Shown one piece after another: positions 10,124 to 21,135 of a DNA stretch of 60,718 nucleotides. A program made the translations under genes and the position numbers. Numbering within the stretch: position 1 is the stretch's first letter; each line of letters starts with the position of its first letter. Location of the stretch: positions 1 to 60,718 of the forward strand of contig CAZWGV010000003.1 of the NCBI GenBank assembly GCA_964633595.1, in the 5' to 3' direction. The notes beneath the pieces were generated by a model. The model saw only the letters and a program-made list of their open reading frames with translations, was not told the origin of the DNA and ran no database searches. The DNA comes from an uncultured Coriobacteriaceae bacterium (GTDB lineage: Bacteria > Actinomycetota > Coriobacteriia > Anaerosomatales > CAZWGV01).

Positions 10124-10606
10124 CTAGCCCCTTCCCTGTCCGAAGTCGACGTCTGCCTTCAGGCGAGCCTTGGCGATCAGGCTGTGCGCGAGGCGAACAA
10201 GCTCGTCGTCGGCCTCGAGAATGACCTCGTCGCCTTCGACGCCGATAATGCGGCCGGTGAAGCGCGAGCGTCCGTGCACAGGTTCCCCGGTGCGCACGCT
10301 CGCCTCACTGCCGGTGAAGCGTTCGAAGTCAGCGAGCGTCCGGAGCGGCCGGTCGAGACCGGGCGATGAGACCTCCAGCGTGTACGAGCCCGCGATCGAG
10401 CCGGAATCGTCGATCGCATCGGAGATCCACCTGTTGGCCGACGTGATCGCGTCGAGGTCGATACCGCCCGCGCGATCAAGGAACACGCGGATCACAGGGC
10501 GCTTGGGCGCACCCGCGATCTCGACCGCGACCAGTTCGAGCCCGTGGCGCGGAGCTACGGGTTCCAGCAGCGCGGTCATCGTCTCGGCCAATCCGGTGCC
10601 GGTCAC
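10124..10606 (-). CDS. rimP: ribosome maturation factor RimP
   Basis: Family-like ...MTALLEPVAPRHGLELVAVEIAG...TLEVSSPGLDRPL. An in-frame GTG at 10606 has GGAGG 10 nt upstream, and the ATG at 10579 is an alternative. The track start at 10675 lies upstream of a leader hairpin and is unlikely. Confidence 0.85.
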   Translation of the reverse strand: MTGTGLAETMTALLEPVAPRHGLELVAVEIAGAPKRPVIRVFLDRAGGIDLDAITSANRWISDAIDDSGSIAGSYTLEVSSPGLDRPLRTLADFERFTGSEASVRTGEPVHGRSRFTGRIIGVEGDEVILEADDELVRLAHSLIAKARLKADVDFGQGRG

Positions 10607-10628
10607 GCTCGGCCAACCTCCGTCCAGA

Positions 10629-10656
10629 CGAAAAGAAGCGGGGGTCAGCCCACTTC
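10629..10656 (-). terminator. intrinsic-terminator-like hairpin plus U-tract in the rimP-nusA-infB leader (candidate attenuator)
   Basis: Minus strand reads GAAGUGGG-CUGAC-CCCGCUUC (8 bp including one G-U) followed by UUUUCGU. It lies between the predicted promoter (10688-10715) and the rimP SD/start. Confidence 0.5.
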
Positions 10657-10687
10657 TCGCAGGGACGCTCTTCATCGAACCCCCAGG

Positions 10688-10715
10688 ATTCTAGCACACG
10701 CGCATGGGGGGTCAA
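10688..10715 (-). promoter_or_regulatory. sigma70-type promoter of the rimP-nusA-ylxR-infB operon
   Basis: Minus strand reads TTGACC, a 16-nt spacer, then TGcTAGAAT (extended -10). It sits in the proS-rimP spacer. Confidence 0.6.
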
Positions 10716-10820
10716 AGGTACGCAATCCGCAGTGTGCGGACGACGCGGAGAGTACGGCTGTTCAGCGGCGCGGCGGGCGAGGGTCGCGGCACCTCCTTGG
10801 AACAGGTGCGTGCTGTGCAC

Positions 10821-12581
10821 CTACTCTGCGCGTGGGGTGCGAGCGGCGAGCGCAGCCCTAGCGTGCTCGATCCGAGCGAGCACGGTGGGCACCGCCTCGT
10901 CCTTGGGAAGACGCTCTCGCTGGCCGTCGGCCCTGGTCTTGAGCTCAACCATACCGTCGGCAAGCCCCTTCGAGCCGACAACCAACTGCAAGGGCCACCC
11001 TATGAGGTCTGCCTCGGCGAACTTGACACCGGGGCGCTCGGGACGGTCGTCGATCACCGCCTCGACTCCGCTGTCGGCCAGCTCGCGCCAGATGCGCTCG
11101 GCAACTGGCCACACATCCTCGTCGTCCACGGCTAGAGGTAAGATGGCAACCTCCAGAGGCGCAACTGAAACCGGCCACACGATCCCGCTCTCGTCGCTGT
11201 GTTGCTCGATGACCGCGGCTAGAGAGCGCGTGATGCCTACGCCGTAGCAGCCCATGATGAAGGGTTGTTCACTGCCATCCTCGTCGGTGAAGGTCGCGCC
11301 CATCGCCTCCGAATACTTCGTGCCGAGCTGGAACACCTGCGAGACCTCGATCCCGCGCGCTCCTGTGAGAGTACCCTCGCATAGAGGACAACCATCGCCC
11401 TCCTGGGCGAGAACGAGGTCTGCCCACGTGTCCACGGTGAAGTCGCGACCCGGACTGGCGTGGATGAGGTGGTAGTCGTCCTCGTTGGCGCCGATGGCCC
11501 AGCTGGCTGTCTCGCGCAGGCTGTTGTCGGCAACGACGAGCGTGCCGGCTGGAGATCCCGCAGGGCCCAGCGAGCCCTTTGGGATGCGGAGGGCCTCGAA
11601 CTCGTCCTCATCGAGCAGCCTCACGCCAGGCACCACGGAGTCGGCCTTGACGGGGTTCAGTTCGCGGTCGCCCGGTATGCACAGGAAGACGAGCCGATCG
11701 CCGCCGTCTGCGGGGGCGAGGCCGGCCATCGTCTTGACGGTATCCTGCGGCGAGATGTCGAGGAACTCGGCGATCTCGGCGATGGCGCGGATGTTCGGTG
11801 TATGGACGCGCTCGATCGGCTGGGGCTCGCTGACGGCGGGCGAGCGCGGAACGCGCGTGGCGGCTGCGTCCACGTTCGCGGCGAAGTCGCAGCTATCGCA
11901 GTAGACGAGCGCTGCCTCGCCGTTGTCCGCCAGCGCCATGAACTCGGTGGTGACCTTCCCGCCGATCTGTCCGGACTCGGCCTCTACTGGCCGGAACCTC
12001 AGTCCCAGACGCTCACAGATCCGGGCGTACGCGCTCGACATGGCGTCGTAGTGCTCTTCGAGCGACTCCTGCGTGGAGTGGAAGGAGTAGGCGTCCTTCA
12101 TGATGAACTCGCGACCCCTGAGCAGCCCGAACCTGGGCCGCACCTCGTCGCGGAACTTCACCTGTATCTGATAGAGGGACACGGGCAGCTGCCGGTAGCT
12201 GCGCAGCTCGGCGCGCACGAGCGATGTGATGATCTCCTCGTGTGTGGGGCCCAGGCAGAAGTCGCGCCCTCCGCGATCCTTGAGTCGCATGAGCTCGGGC
12301 CCGTAGACATCCCAGCGCCCCGACTCGTGCCAGAGTTCCGCCGGCTGCACTGCCGGCATCAGCAGCTCCTGCGATCCGATGGCGTCCATCTCCTCGCGGA
12401 CGATGCGCTCCACCTTCTCGAGCGCACGCTTGCCCAGAGGCAGGAAGGTGTAGATGCCAGCGGCGACCTTGCGGATCATCCCCGCCCGCAGCAGAAGGCG
12501 ATGCGAGGCGATCTCGGCCTCGGTGGGGTCCTCTTTGAGTGTGGGCGCGTACAGCTCCGACATCCTGAGCGCTACGGCCAT
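10821..12581 (-). CDS. proS: proline--tRNA ligase (bacterial type with INS editing domain)
   Basis: 586 aa starting MRMSELYAPTLKEDPTEAEIASHRLLLRAGMIRK, with class II motifs. ATG preceded by GGGAGGAAG. Confidence 0.97.
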   Translation of the reverse strand: MAVALRMSELYAPTLKEDPTEAEIASHRLLLRAGMIRKVAAGIYTFLPLGKRALEKVERIVREEMDAIGSQELLMPAVQPAELWHESGRWDVYGPELMRLKDRGGRDFCLGPTHEEIITSLVRAELRSYRQLPVSLYQIQVKFRDEVRPRFGLLRGREFIMKDAYSFHSTQESLEEHYDAMSSAYARICERLGLRFRPVEAESGQIGGKVTTEFMALADNGEAALVYCDSCDFAANVDAAATRVPRSPAVSEPQPIERVHTPNIRAIAEIAEFLDISPQDTVKTMAGLAPADGGDRLVFLCIPGDRELNPVKADSVVPGVRLLDEDEFEALRIPKGSLGPAGSPAGTLVVADNSLRETASWAIGANEDDYHLIHASPGRDFTVDTWADLVLAQEGDGCPLCEGTLTGARGIEVSQVFQLGTKYSEAMGATFTDEDGSEQPFIMGCYGVGITRSLAAVIEQHSDESGIVWPVSVAPLEVAILPLAVDDEDVWPVAERIWRELADSGVEAVIDDRPERPGVKFAEADLIGWPLQLVVGSKGLADGMVELKTRADGQRERLPKDEAVPTVLARIEHARAALAARTPRAE

Positions 12582-12695
12582 ACTTCCTCCCGCCGAGATG
12601 GGACTTGTGGTCGGGCCGCAGGATACCAGGACAGCACCCTCGCGAACACCGAGGACCCCACCGGCGCCCTCCTGGGTGCGATCGCCAAACCCGCC

Positions 12696-13769
12696 TCAGT
12701 TCTCGCCCACGCCCTCAGCCGAGAGAGCGGCGACCTCCTCCATGAGCGCGTCGACGATGTCGGCCTCGGCCACCTTGCGAACTGGCTCGCCCCTAGCGAA
12801 GACCACCCCTACGCCCTTGCCCGCGGCCACACCGACGTCCGCATCGCGCGCCTCTCCGGGGCCGTTGACCACGCAGCCCATCACAGCGACCTTCAGGGGA
12901 GTGCGCACGGAGCGCAGGCGCTCAGCCACCTCTTCGGCGATGGGGATGAGATCGATCTCGCAGCGTCCGCACGTAGGACAGGAGACGAGCTCTGGCCCTT
13001 GCCGCCGGATGTCGAGCGCCGAGAGGATCTCCCACGCGACGAGTACCTCGTCGACGGGGTCGGCTGTGAGAGAGACTCGCAGAGTGTCGCCGATGCCTTC
13101 CCCCAGCAGGATGCCGCAGCCCACAGCCGAGCGGACCGTTCCCGCACGTGAGGTGCCGGCCTCGGTCACGCCGATGTGCAGCGGATAGGGTACGCGCGAA
13201 GCGAGCGCGCGATAGGCAGCGATCGTGCTCAGCACCGAGGACGCTTTGGCCGAGACAACGATGTCGGTGAAACCGCGGCCCTCGAAGTGATCGCAGAAGG
13301 ACACCGCGCTGGCGACCAGCTTGTCCGCCAGCGGGAGGTCCGCGTCGCGCACATCCTCGGCGAGCGATCCCGCGTTCACGCCGATCCGAATGGGCAGGCC
13401 TGCCTCTCCAGCCGCGTCGATGATCGCATCGACGCGCGACATGGAGCCGATGTTGCCGGGGTTGATGCGGAGCTTCGCGGCGCCGCGACGAGCGGCCTCG
13501 ATGGCAAGGCGATGGTCGAAGTGCACGTCCGCCACCACTGGGATCGGCGAGGCGGCGCACACGGCGGCGAAGCCGTCGAGCGCGTCCGAACCAGGAATGG
13601 CAACGCGGACGATCTCGCAGCCGGCTTCGGCCAGCGCTCCGATCTGGGCCAGGGTGGAGTCAGGATCCCGCGTGTCGGTGTTGGTCATCGACTGAACGGC
13701 GATCGGCGAACCGCCGCCTATGGGTACCCCGCCAACCACGACAGGACGGGTTTCTCGGCGACGAACCAC
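12696..13769 (-). CDS. ispG: 4-hydroxy-3-methylbut-2-en-1-yl diphosphate synthase (flavodoxin)
   Basis: 357 aa with RRETRPVVVGGVPIGGGSPIAVQSMTNT and the C-terminal Cys ligands CPTCGRC...GCVVNGPGE. GTG start with AAGGGGG upstream. Confidence 0.96.
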   Translation of the reverse strand: MVRRRETRPVVVGGVPIGGGSPIAVQSMTNTDTRDPDSTLAQIGALAEAGCEIVRVAIPGSDALDGFAAVCAASPIPVVADVHFDHRLAIEAARRGAAKLRINPGNIGSMSRVDAIIDAAGEAGLPIRIGVNAGSLAEDVRDADLPLADKLVASAVSFCDHFEGRGFTDIVVSAKASSVLSTIAAYRALASRVPYPLHIGVTEAGTSRAGTVRSAVGCGILLGEGIGDTLRVSLTADPVDEVLVAWEILSALDIRRQGPELVSCPTCGRCEIDLIPIAEEVAERLRSVRTPLKVAVMGCVVNGPGEARDADVGVAAGKGVGVVFARGEPVRKVAEADIVDALMEEVAALSAEGVGEN

Positions 13770-13797
13770 GGAAGAGCCCCCTTGCGCGGCTGCGGCG

Positions 13798-15069
13798 TCA
13801 GCCGCGTGAGACGTAGCGGACCACGTCAGCGTACATCAGGTAGCCGATGAGGGAGAACAGCAGGAGCGCCCCGGCGGCACTGACCGCAAGACTGAACTCA
13901 CGCCTCAACGGCCGCCCGCGCAGGCGCTCGATCACTTCGAGCACCACCTTACCGCCATCGAGCGGCGGTATCGGCAGGATGTTGAGCGCGCCCAGGGAGA
14001 GTGACAGCAGCGCAAGGAGCCACAAGTACTCGACGGCGCCAAGGCGCGCTGCCCTGGCGGCCTCGAAGCTGATGCCTACCACGCCTGCGGAGTTGGAGAC
14101 GGATTCGGCGAACGACGAGGGACGGAAGAACCCGGCGATCGCGACGAAGACATCACGCGTCGCCTGGAGGCTGAGGCCGAACGCTTCGATGGCGTTGGGA
14201 TCCACCTCTTTCGCTTCGGCGGTGATACCCAGCTGCACGCGGTCGTCGACACGCCGAAGGACGGCGGTCGTGCTGAGCGTCTGCTCGGCCCGCGCGTAGG
14301 TGATCTCAACTCGCGCCCCCTCGCCTGCCCGATCGATCGCCTGCACGAGCTCGGCGAACGAGTCCAGCTTGCGTCCGTCGAACTCCACGAGGGTGTCTCC
14401 GGCACGAAGCCCCGCCCTCTCAGCCGCGGAACCCGGAGCGACCGCCGAGAGAGAAAGCGACGTCTCCCAGTAGCCCCAGACAGCGAGAACCGTCGTGAAT
14501 ACACCTATCGCAAGCGCGAGGTTCACTGCGACACCAGCCGCCAGGATGGTGATGCGCTGCCATGTTGAGCGGCCACGATATGTGGTGGATCGGGCTCGCG
14601 CCAAGAGCGCGTCGTCCCGCTCCCCCGGTCCTCTGCTCATCAGCGGCAGGTACGAGATGTCGTCGTCTTCCGCGGGACCGATCGCTCCCCAATCGGCGAG
14701 TGTGGCCAGTAGCGTTGCGGCACGCTCCTCGTCTACACCGAGCGCGGCTGCAAGTCGCTGGGCTCCCGAGCGCCCGATATCCGTCACGTGCCCGAGGGCC
14801 GCAGCAAGCAGGGAGTCCTCGGCACCGGGCTCCATGCCGGCGATGCGGACGTAGCCACCTAGGGGCACCATAGTGACGCCGAACGCGGTCCGCCCCAGAC
14901 GCACGCGCAGTGCAGGGCCGGGCAGACCCACCATGAACTCGTGTACCGTGACGCGGAACAGCCGCGCGGCGACGAAGTGACCTGCCTCGTGCACGACGAC
15001 GAGGATCGACAGCGTGACGACACCCCAGATGAGAGCGTCAGCGAGCGGTATGGCTACTGGAGGGGCCAA
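13798..15069 (-). CDS. rseP: RIP metalloprotease RseP (site-2 protease, M50 family, PDZ domain)
   Basis: 423 aa with the HEAGHF zinc motif in TM1, a central PDZ-like region and a C-terminal NILPIPPLDGG motif. TTG start with GAGAGG upstream. Confidence 0.9.
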   Translation of the reverse strand: MAPPVAIPLADALIWGVVTLSILVVVHEAGHFVAARLFRVTVHEFMVGLPGPALRVRLGRTAFGVTMVPLGGYVRIAGMEPGAEDSLLAAALGHVTDIGRSGAQRLAAALGVDEERAATLLATLADWGAIGPAEDDDISYLPLMSRGPGERDDALLARARSTTYRGRSTWQRITILAAGVAVNLALAIGVFTTVLAVWGYWETSLSLSAVAPGSAAERAGLRAGDTLVEFDGRKLDSFAELVQAIDRAGEGARVEITYARAEQTLSTTAVLRRVDDRVQLGITAEAKEVDPNAIEAFGLSLQATRDVFVAIAGFFRPSSFAESVSNSAGVVGISFEAARAARLGAVEYLWLLALLSLSLGALNILPIPPLDGGKVVLEVIERLRGRPLRREFSLAVSAAGALLLFSLIGYLMYADVVRYVSRG

Positions 15070-15203
15070 CGGCGCCTCTCACATCCTCTCTGCCGGTGCG
15101 GTTCCCTTCGCGGATGCGGCGTCCCTCATGCGAGACGCACTTGCCCGCGACTGCAAAACGCCTGCCACGCCCCGTCAAGGAGCGCATCAAAGGTGTTACC
15201 CCA

Positions 15204-16352
15204 CTACAGCGCGAGCGCCCTTCGGGCGGTGGTCCTGGCCCACGCGTCAGCGGCCTCTATCGCCTCGACGGTGTCTGCGGGTGCTTTCTCGTGAGCGTCC
15301 ATGACCGCCGCCACGACTTCATCGATCTCGACTAGCGAGCATCGTCCCGCGAGGAATGCTTCCACTGCGATCTCGTTGGCTGCATTCATCGCGGCGGGCA
15401 TCGTACCGCCTTCCCTGCCGGCGTCGAGCGCCAGGGCGAGACACCGGAACGTCTTCACATCGGGTTCCTCGAAGTCGAGCGAGCCTATCGCGCCGAAGTC
15501 CACCGGCTCGACCGGGGCCTCCCAGCGGTCGGGGTGACTGAGAGCGTACTGGATAGGTATGCGCATGTCTGTGGCCCCGAGATGGGCTTTCACTGAGCTG
15601 TCGGTGAACTCGGCCATCGAATGAACGCACGACTGCGGATGAACCACAACTCGGATGTCGTCATACCCAATGCCGAACAGGAAGTGTGCCTCGATGGCCT
15701 CCAGTCCCTTATTCATCAGCGTGGCCGAGTCGATCGTGATCTTTGGGCCCATCGACCACCTCGGGTGCGCTAGGGCCTCCTCCACGGTCGCCGACGCGAG
15801 CTGCGCCCGCGAAGCCCCCAGGAATGGACCGCCCGACGCCGTGAGCCAGACGCGGACCAGATTGGCGCTGCTCTCACCTAGCAGGCACTGGAAGAGGGCC
15901 GAGTGCTCGCTGTCGACAGGAATGAGGGTCCCCGGATCGGCGGCTCGGGTGACTAGCGGCCCACCGACTACCAGCGATTCCTTGTTGGCGAGCGCGAGAC
16001 GCTTCCCGGAACGCAGTGCGGCGAGGGTCGCCCTGAGGCCTGCCGCTCCAACCAGAGCGTTGACCACGATGTCGGCGTCGGGATTTGCGGCCATCTCCTC
16101 GACGGCGTTCGGCCCCGCTCCCACGGTCGCATTTGGCATGAGCGAACTCAGAACGCCTACCCGCTCGGGGTTGGCGAGGGCCACGTGTGGCGCCCCGTGC
16201 CGCTGTGCCTGCTCGGCGAGGAGGGTTGCGTTACCCCACGCCGCCAAGGCGACGACGCGTATGCGATCGGGGAAACGCTCGGCGACCTCGAGAGTCTGCC
16301 GGCCTATGGAACCGGTGGAGCCGAGGATGACAACGCGACGCGCCTGGCTCAT
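15204..16352 (-). CDS. dxr: 1-deoxy-D-xylulose 5-phosphate reductoisomerase
   Basis: 382 aa with ILGSTGSIGRQTL (NADPH site), LANKESLV and DSEHSA motifs. Confidence 0.96.
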   Translation of the reverse strand: MSQARRVVILGSTGSIGRQTLEVAERFPDRIRVVALAAWGNATLLAEQAQRHGAPHVALANPERVGVLSSLMPNATVGAGPNAVEEMAANPDADIVVNALVGAAGLRATLAALRSGKRLALANKESLVVGGPLVTRAADPGTLIPVDSEHSALFQCLLGESSANLVRVWLTASGGPFLGASRAQLASATVEEALAHPRWSMGPKITIDSATLMNKGLEAIEAHFLFGIGYDDIRVVVHPQSCVHSMAEFTDSSVKAHLGATDMRIPIQYALSHPDRWEAPVEPVDFGAIGSLDFEEPDVKTFRCLALALDAGREGGTMPAAMNAANEIAVEAFLAGRCSLVEIDEVVAAVMDAHEKAPADTVEAIEAADAWARTTARRALAL

Positions 16353-17226
16353 CGGGCCCCCGCCGAGACGAGGACCCAGTACGCTACTGGAGCGACGACA
16401 ATGAGGCTGTCGAATCTGTCGAGGAAGCCTCCATGCCCGGGCAGAACGGAGCCGGAGTCCTTCACTCCTGCCTCACGCTTCAGACGTGATTCGGCGAGGT
16501 CGCCCGTTATGGCTGCCAGCGAAATCGCGACGCCCACAGCAGCGAGCACAGGCAGTTCGATGGCGACATCGGCAACAAGGCCCACTCCGAGCCAGACCAA
16601 GATGGTGAAGGCGGAACCTGCGGCAAAACCCTCCCAGGACTTGCCCGGTGATATGGCGGGCGCCATCTTGTGTGTGCCGATCGTCGATCCCACAAGGTAG
16701 GCGAACACATCGTTGGCCCAAACGCTCACGAACACAGCGAGCACGAGGATCGTCCCGGCATCAAGGCTCCGGAGCAGCACCAGATGAGCTAGGGTCATCC
16801 CTACGTACACGGCGCCGAACACGGTGACCGAGGTGTCCGACGTCCGGATCTGCCGGAAGGCGGTGTGCCAGGCTAGTGCTGCGATGACGAGGCCGATGAC
16901 CGCTGCGAGCAGACCTCCAAGGCCCGCAAGGGCAGCGGCGGGAGGCATCGCGATGACCGCGGCGATGCCGAGTAGCTCGTTGGGGAGACGACGCTCGCGA
17001 CGGGTGAGGGCGTAGAGTTCCGAGACTGCCAGCGCTGCGACGAGTGAGACCGCAACGGCAAGGCCGAGAGTTCCGCCCCACAACACCACTGCGATGGTGA
17101 CGACACCTATCGCGATCGCTGTGCCCAGACGGATCGCCAGATCCCCGAGCCCCGGAGCGCGACCCTGCGCGCGTCCTGGCGCGTGAGCTGTGGTCGGCGG
17201 ATTCGCGTCGCGGGCCTCGGCGGCAC

Positions 17227-17230
<4 letters not shown>
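16349..17230 (-). CDS. cdsA: phosphatidate cytidylyltransferase
   Basis: 293-aa polytopic membrane protein with the C-terminal CTP-transferase signature SRLKREAGVKDSGSVLPGHGGFLDRFDS. Confidence 0.9.
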
Positions 17231-18006
<776 letters not shown>

Positions 18007-18011
18007 GGGGG

Positions 18012-18569
18012 CTACACCTCCATGATCTCTTGCTCTTTGCGCTTGAGCTGTTCGTCTATCTCGGAGACGTGCGAGTCGGTGAGCTTCTGTACATCACTCT
18101 CGGCTCTACGGAGATCGTCCTGACCTATCTCATGTTCCTTCTCGGAACGCTTGAGTTGCTCTATCGCATCACGCCGTATGTTGCGAACGGCGACGCGTCC
18201 TTCCTCAGCGTACTGCTTGCACACCTTCACGAGCTCCTTGCGGCGTTCCTCGTTCAGTGGCGGGAAGGGCACTCGTATGACCTGGCCGTCGTTGCTGGGA
18301 TTGAGTCCCAGGTCCGAGGCCAGGATTGCCTTCTCGATCGCGCTCATGATGCTGCGGTCCCAGGGTTCGATCATCAGCATCTGGGGCTCAGGGCTCTTGA
18401 TGGTGGCAAGCTGCATGATCGGCGTCTGAGTCCCGTATGCCTCCACCATCACCTTGTCCAGGATGGCAGCGGATGCCCGACCCGTTCGCACGGTCGTGAA
18501 CTCCTGCTGGACGGCGACAACGGCCTTGCCCATCCTCGTATCCGCATCCTTGATGACGTCGCTGACCAT
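18012..18569 (-). CDS. frr: ribosome recycling factor
   Basis: 185 aa, full-length RRF (...IRVPFPPLNEERRKELVK...). Shares one nt with the pyrH stop (TGATG). Confidence 0.97.
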   Translation of the reverse strand: MVSDVIKDADTRMGKAVVAVQQEFTTVRTGRASAAILDKVMVEAYGTQTPIMQLATIKSPEPQMLMIEPWDRSIMSAIEKAILASDLGLNPSNDGQVIRVPFPPLNEERRKELVKVCKQYAEEGRVAVRNIRRDAIEQLKRSEKEHEIGQDDLRRAESDVQKLTDSHVSEIDEQLKRKEQEIMEV

Positions 18570-19291
18570 CAGTCCCCTCCTCCGACGAAGGTACCGACCG
18601 CTTCGCCGCGCAGCGCGCGCTCTATGTTGCCGTCAGTATGCACGTTGAAGACGAGGATGGGCAGGTCGTTGTCCATGCAGAGTGAGATGGCCGTCGCGTC
18701 CATCACCTTCAGGCCCCGGCTCAGGACTTCCAGGTAGTCGAGCCGGTCGAACTTGGCTGCATCGGGGTTGGTCATCGGGTCCGAGTCGAAGACGCCGTCG
18801 ACCTTCGTGGCCTTCATGATGCACTCCGCCCCGATCTCCAGAGCCCTGAGTGCGGCTGTGGTGTCGGTGGTGAAGTACGGGTTACCCGTGCCGGCCGCCA
18901 GGATCACCACGCGGCCCTTCTGAAGATGGCGAATGGCTCTGCGGCGGATGTAGGGCTCGGCCACCGCCTGCATCTCGATGGCCGACATGACCCGGGTGTA
19001 GATGCCGTGTTTCTCGAGGACATCCTGGAGAGCGAGGGCGTTCATGACGGTCGCCAGCATGCCGATGTAGTCGGCTTGCGCGCGGTCCATGCCCGCAGCA
19101 GAAGCCGCCATCCCGCGGAAGATGTTGCCGCCGCCCACTACGACGGCGATCTCGACGCCACCGTCGTGAACGTGCTCGATCTGGCTGGAGAGCGCCTCTA
19201 GGACGATCGGATCGATGCCGTATGCAGCATCGCCGAGCAGCGCCTCGCCGGACAGCTTGAGGAGTACACGCCCGTACCTGTAGTCGCCCAC
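18569..19291 (-). CDS. pyrH: UMP kinase
   Basis: 240 aa with [21 protein letters not shown] and [11 protein letters not shown] motifs. GTG start with GGGGAGAGG upstream. Confidence 0.97.
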   Translation of the reverse strand: MGDYRYGRVLLKLSGEALLGDAAYGIDPIVLEALSSQIEHVHDGGVEIAVVVGGGNIFRGMAASAAGMDRAQADYIGMLATVMNALALQDVLEKHGIYTRVMSAIEMQAVAEPYIRRRAIRHLQKGRVVILAAGTGNPYFTTDTTAALRALEIGAECIMKATKVDGVFDSDPMTNPDAAKFDRLDYLEVLSRGLKVMDATAISLCMDNDLPILVFNVHTDGNIERALRGEAVGTFVGGGD

Positions 19292-19381
19292 AGCCGACCT
19301 CTCCCCGATCTGCGCGGCGTTCCCGCGATCCGGCAGTACTCGCTGTTGCCCACGGGCACAAGTGAGCCCGAGGGCGACCCG

Positions 19382-19993
19382 CTATTGCGACGTCTTGGTG
19401 GTCTCGCCCAAGACGTAGCGGGTAAACCTCGAGATACCCATGTTCTCGCCGAGCTTGGAGACCATCTGCCCCATGTACTGCTCGACGGTGATGTCAGGGT
19501 CCTTCACGAAGGGCTGCTCCAGCAAGCAGACCTCCTTGTAGTACTTCTCGAGGCGACCCTCGGCTATCTTCTCCTGGATCTGCTCGGGCTTGCCGGAGCC
19601 GGCTGCCTGTGCCTTGTATATCTCCCGCTCATGGTCCAAGACGTCAGCCGGGACGTCCTCGCGCCGAACGTAGAGTGGAGCAGCCGCGGCGATGTGCATA
19701 GCGACGTCCTTGACGAAGGTGTTGAAGTCGTCGTTGCGAGCTACGAAATCGGTCTCGCAGTTGACCTCCACCAGGACACCGATGCGTCCCCCACCATGGA
19801 TGTAGCTGCCGACAACGCCTTCATCGGTGGCCCTTCCCGCCTTCTTGGCGAGGTCTGCCAGACCCTTGGTGCGAAGGATATCGACGGCCTTCTCTAGGTC
19901 GCCCTTGGCCTCGGTGAGCGCCTCCTTGCAGTCCATCATCCCTGCACCCGTGCACTCGCGTAGCTCCTTGACCTGCTGCGCGTTGATAGTCAT
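19382..19993 (-). CDS. tsf: translation elongation factor Ts (short form)
   Basis: 203 aa with VKELRECTGAGMMDCKEAL (UBA-like N-terminus). ATG with GGAGGA upstream. Confidence 0.95.
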   Translation of the reverse strand: MTINAQQVKELRECTGAGMMDCKEALTEAKGDLEKAVDILRTKGLADLAKKAGRATDEGVVGSYIHGGGRIGVLVEVNCETDFVARNDDFNTFVKDVAMHIAAAAPLYVRREDVPADVLDHEREIYKAQAAGSGKPEQIQEKIAEGRLEKYYKEVCLLEQPFVKDPDITVEQYMGQMVSKLGENMGISRFTRYVLGETTKTSQ

Positions 19994-20062
19994 CTTCGTC
20001 CTCCAGGATCGATCATCTGTGTCGGCTTGCCCACTCGGTGCGCCTCGAGCGCTGGTCTGACG

Positions 20063-20998
20063 CTACGCAGAGTCAGCCTGGCTCGGGGTCTCTTCCGCTG
20101 CTACTGGGTCTTCGGCGGGCGGCTCGGACGTTGCCTCGGCAGCAGTCTGCTCAGATGCGTCTGCAGCGGCCTCTGGTTCCGCACTCTCGGCCACGCCCGT
20201 CTCGACTGTGTCCGCCACACCCGCGTCAGCAGCAGCGACCTCAGCGGCCACCGGCTCCGCCGCGACCGTCGGGCGATCTCTGGTAGCGGCTGCAGCCCCC
20301 ATCGCGCCATCGCTTGCTGCGCCGCTGCCCTCGATCGCCGCATCGGCGATGATCTTGCACACGAGCGCGACCGAGCGGATGGCGTCGTCGTTGCCCGGAA
20401 CCACATAGTCCACCTCGTCAGGATCGGCGTTAGTGTCCACCAGACCGACGATCGGAATGCCGAGACGATGCGCTTCCTTGACGGGGATAGCCTCCCGCTT
20501 GGTGTCTACCACGAACATCGCGCCGGGCAGCGATGACATGTCTCTGATGCCGCTGAGGTTGCGCTCTAGCTTGCCGTACTCTGCTCTGAGCTGCAGACGC
20601 TCCTTCTTGGGGAAGGCATCGATCGTCCCGTCCTCGAACATCCTCTCCAGCTCCTCCATGCGCTCGACGCGCGAGCGGATGGTGGCGAAGTTGGTTAGCA
20701 TGCCGCCGAGCCAACGCTGGTTCACGTACGGCTGACCAGCCCTCTGGGCCTCGGCTGCTATGGAGTCCTGCGCCTGCTTCTTGGTGCCGACGAAGAGGAC
20801 TTTGCCCCCACGTGCGGTGAGGTCGCGTACGAATCGGTAGGATCCGACGATCTCGCGCATCGTGCGCTGCAGGTCGAGGATGTAGATCCCGTTGCGCTCC
20901 GTGAAGATGTAGGGACGCATCTTCGGGTTCCACCGACGGGTCTGGTGTCCGAAATGGACGCCCGCCTCCAGCAAGCTCTTCATGGTGACGATGGGCAT
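20063..20998 (-). CDS. rpsB: 30S ribosomal protein S2 with an acidic Ala/Glu-rich C-terminal extension of about 88 aa
   Basis: [27 protein letters not shown] begins at the ATG at 20998, preceded by AGGAGG. The track ORF start at 21064 is over-extended. Confidence 0.96.
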   Translation of the reverse strand: MPIVTMKSLLEAGVHFGHQTRRWNPKMRPYIFTERNGIYILDLQRTMREIVGSYRFVRDLTARGGKVLFVGTKKQAQDSIAAEAQRAGQPYVNQRWLGGMLTNFATIRSRVERMEELERMFEDGTIDAFPKKERLQLRAEYGKLERNLSGIRDMSSLPGAMFVVDTKREAIPVKEAHRLGIPIVGLVDTNADPDEVDYVVPGNDDAIRSVALVCKIIADAAIEGSGAASDGAMGAAAATRDRPTVAAEPVAAEVAAADAGVADTVETGVAESAEPEAAADASEQTAAEATSEPPAEDPVAAEETPSQADSA

Positions 20999-21135
20999 AT
21001 TGCCTCCTGGTTGTACCTCCGCCCGCGTCATCCCCCCGTAGCGACCGACACATCGTGTCGGCACCTCGCCCGGGAGTCGGCAGGGCGTGCGTGATCAGAG
21101 CCACGGTAGTGTATCACAGGCTGTTGGAACTGGGG

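Noticed and set aside
12582-12695. Possible T-box or other leader upstream of proS, based on a GGUGGGGUCCUCGG segment vaguely like the T-box core.
   Set aside because: The spacer is only about 115 nt. I could not trace a specifier loop with a Pro codon or a convincing antiterminator/terminator or SD-sequestering alternative. The resemblance is limited to a G-rich stretch.
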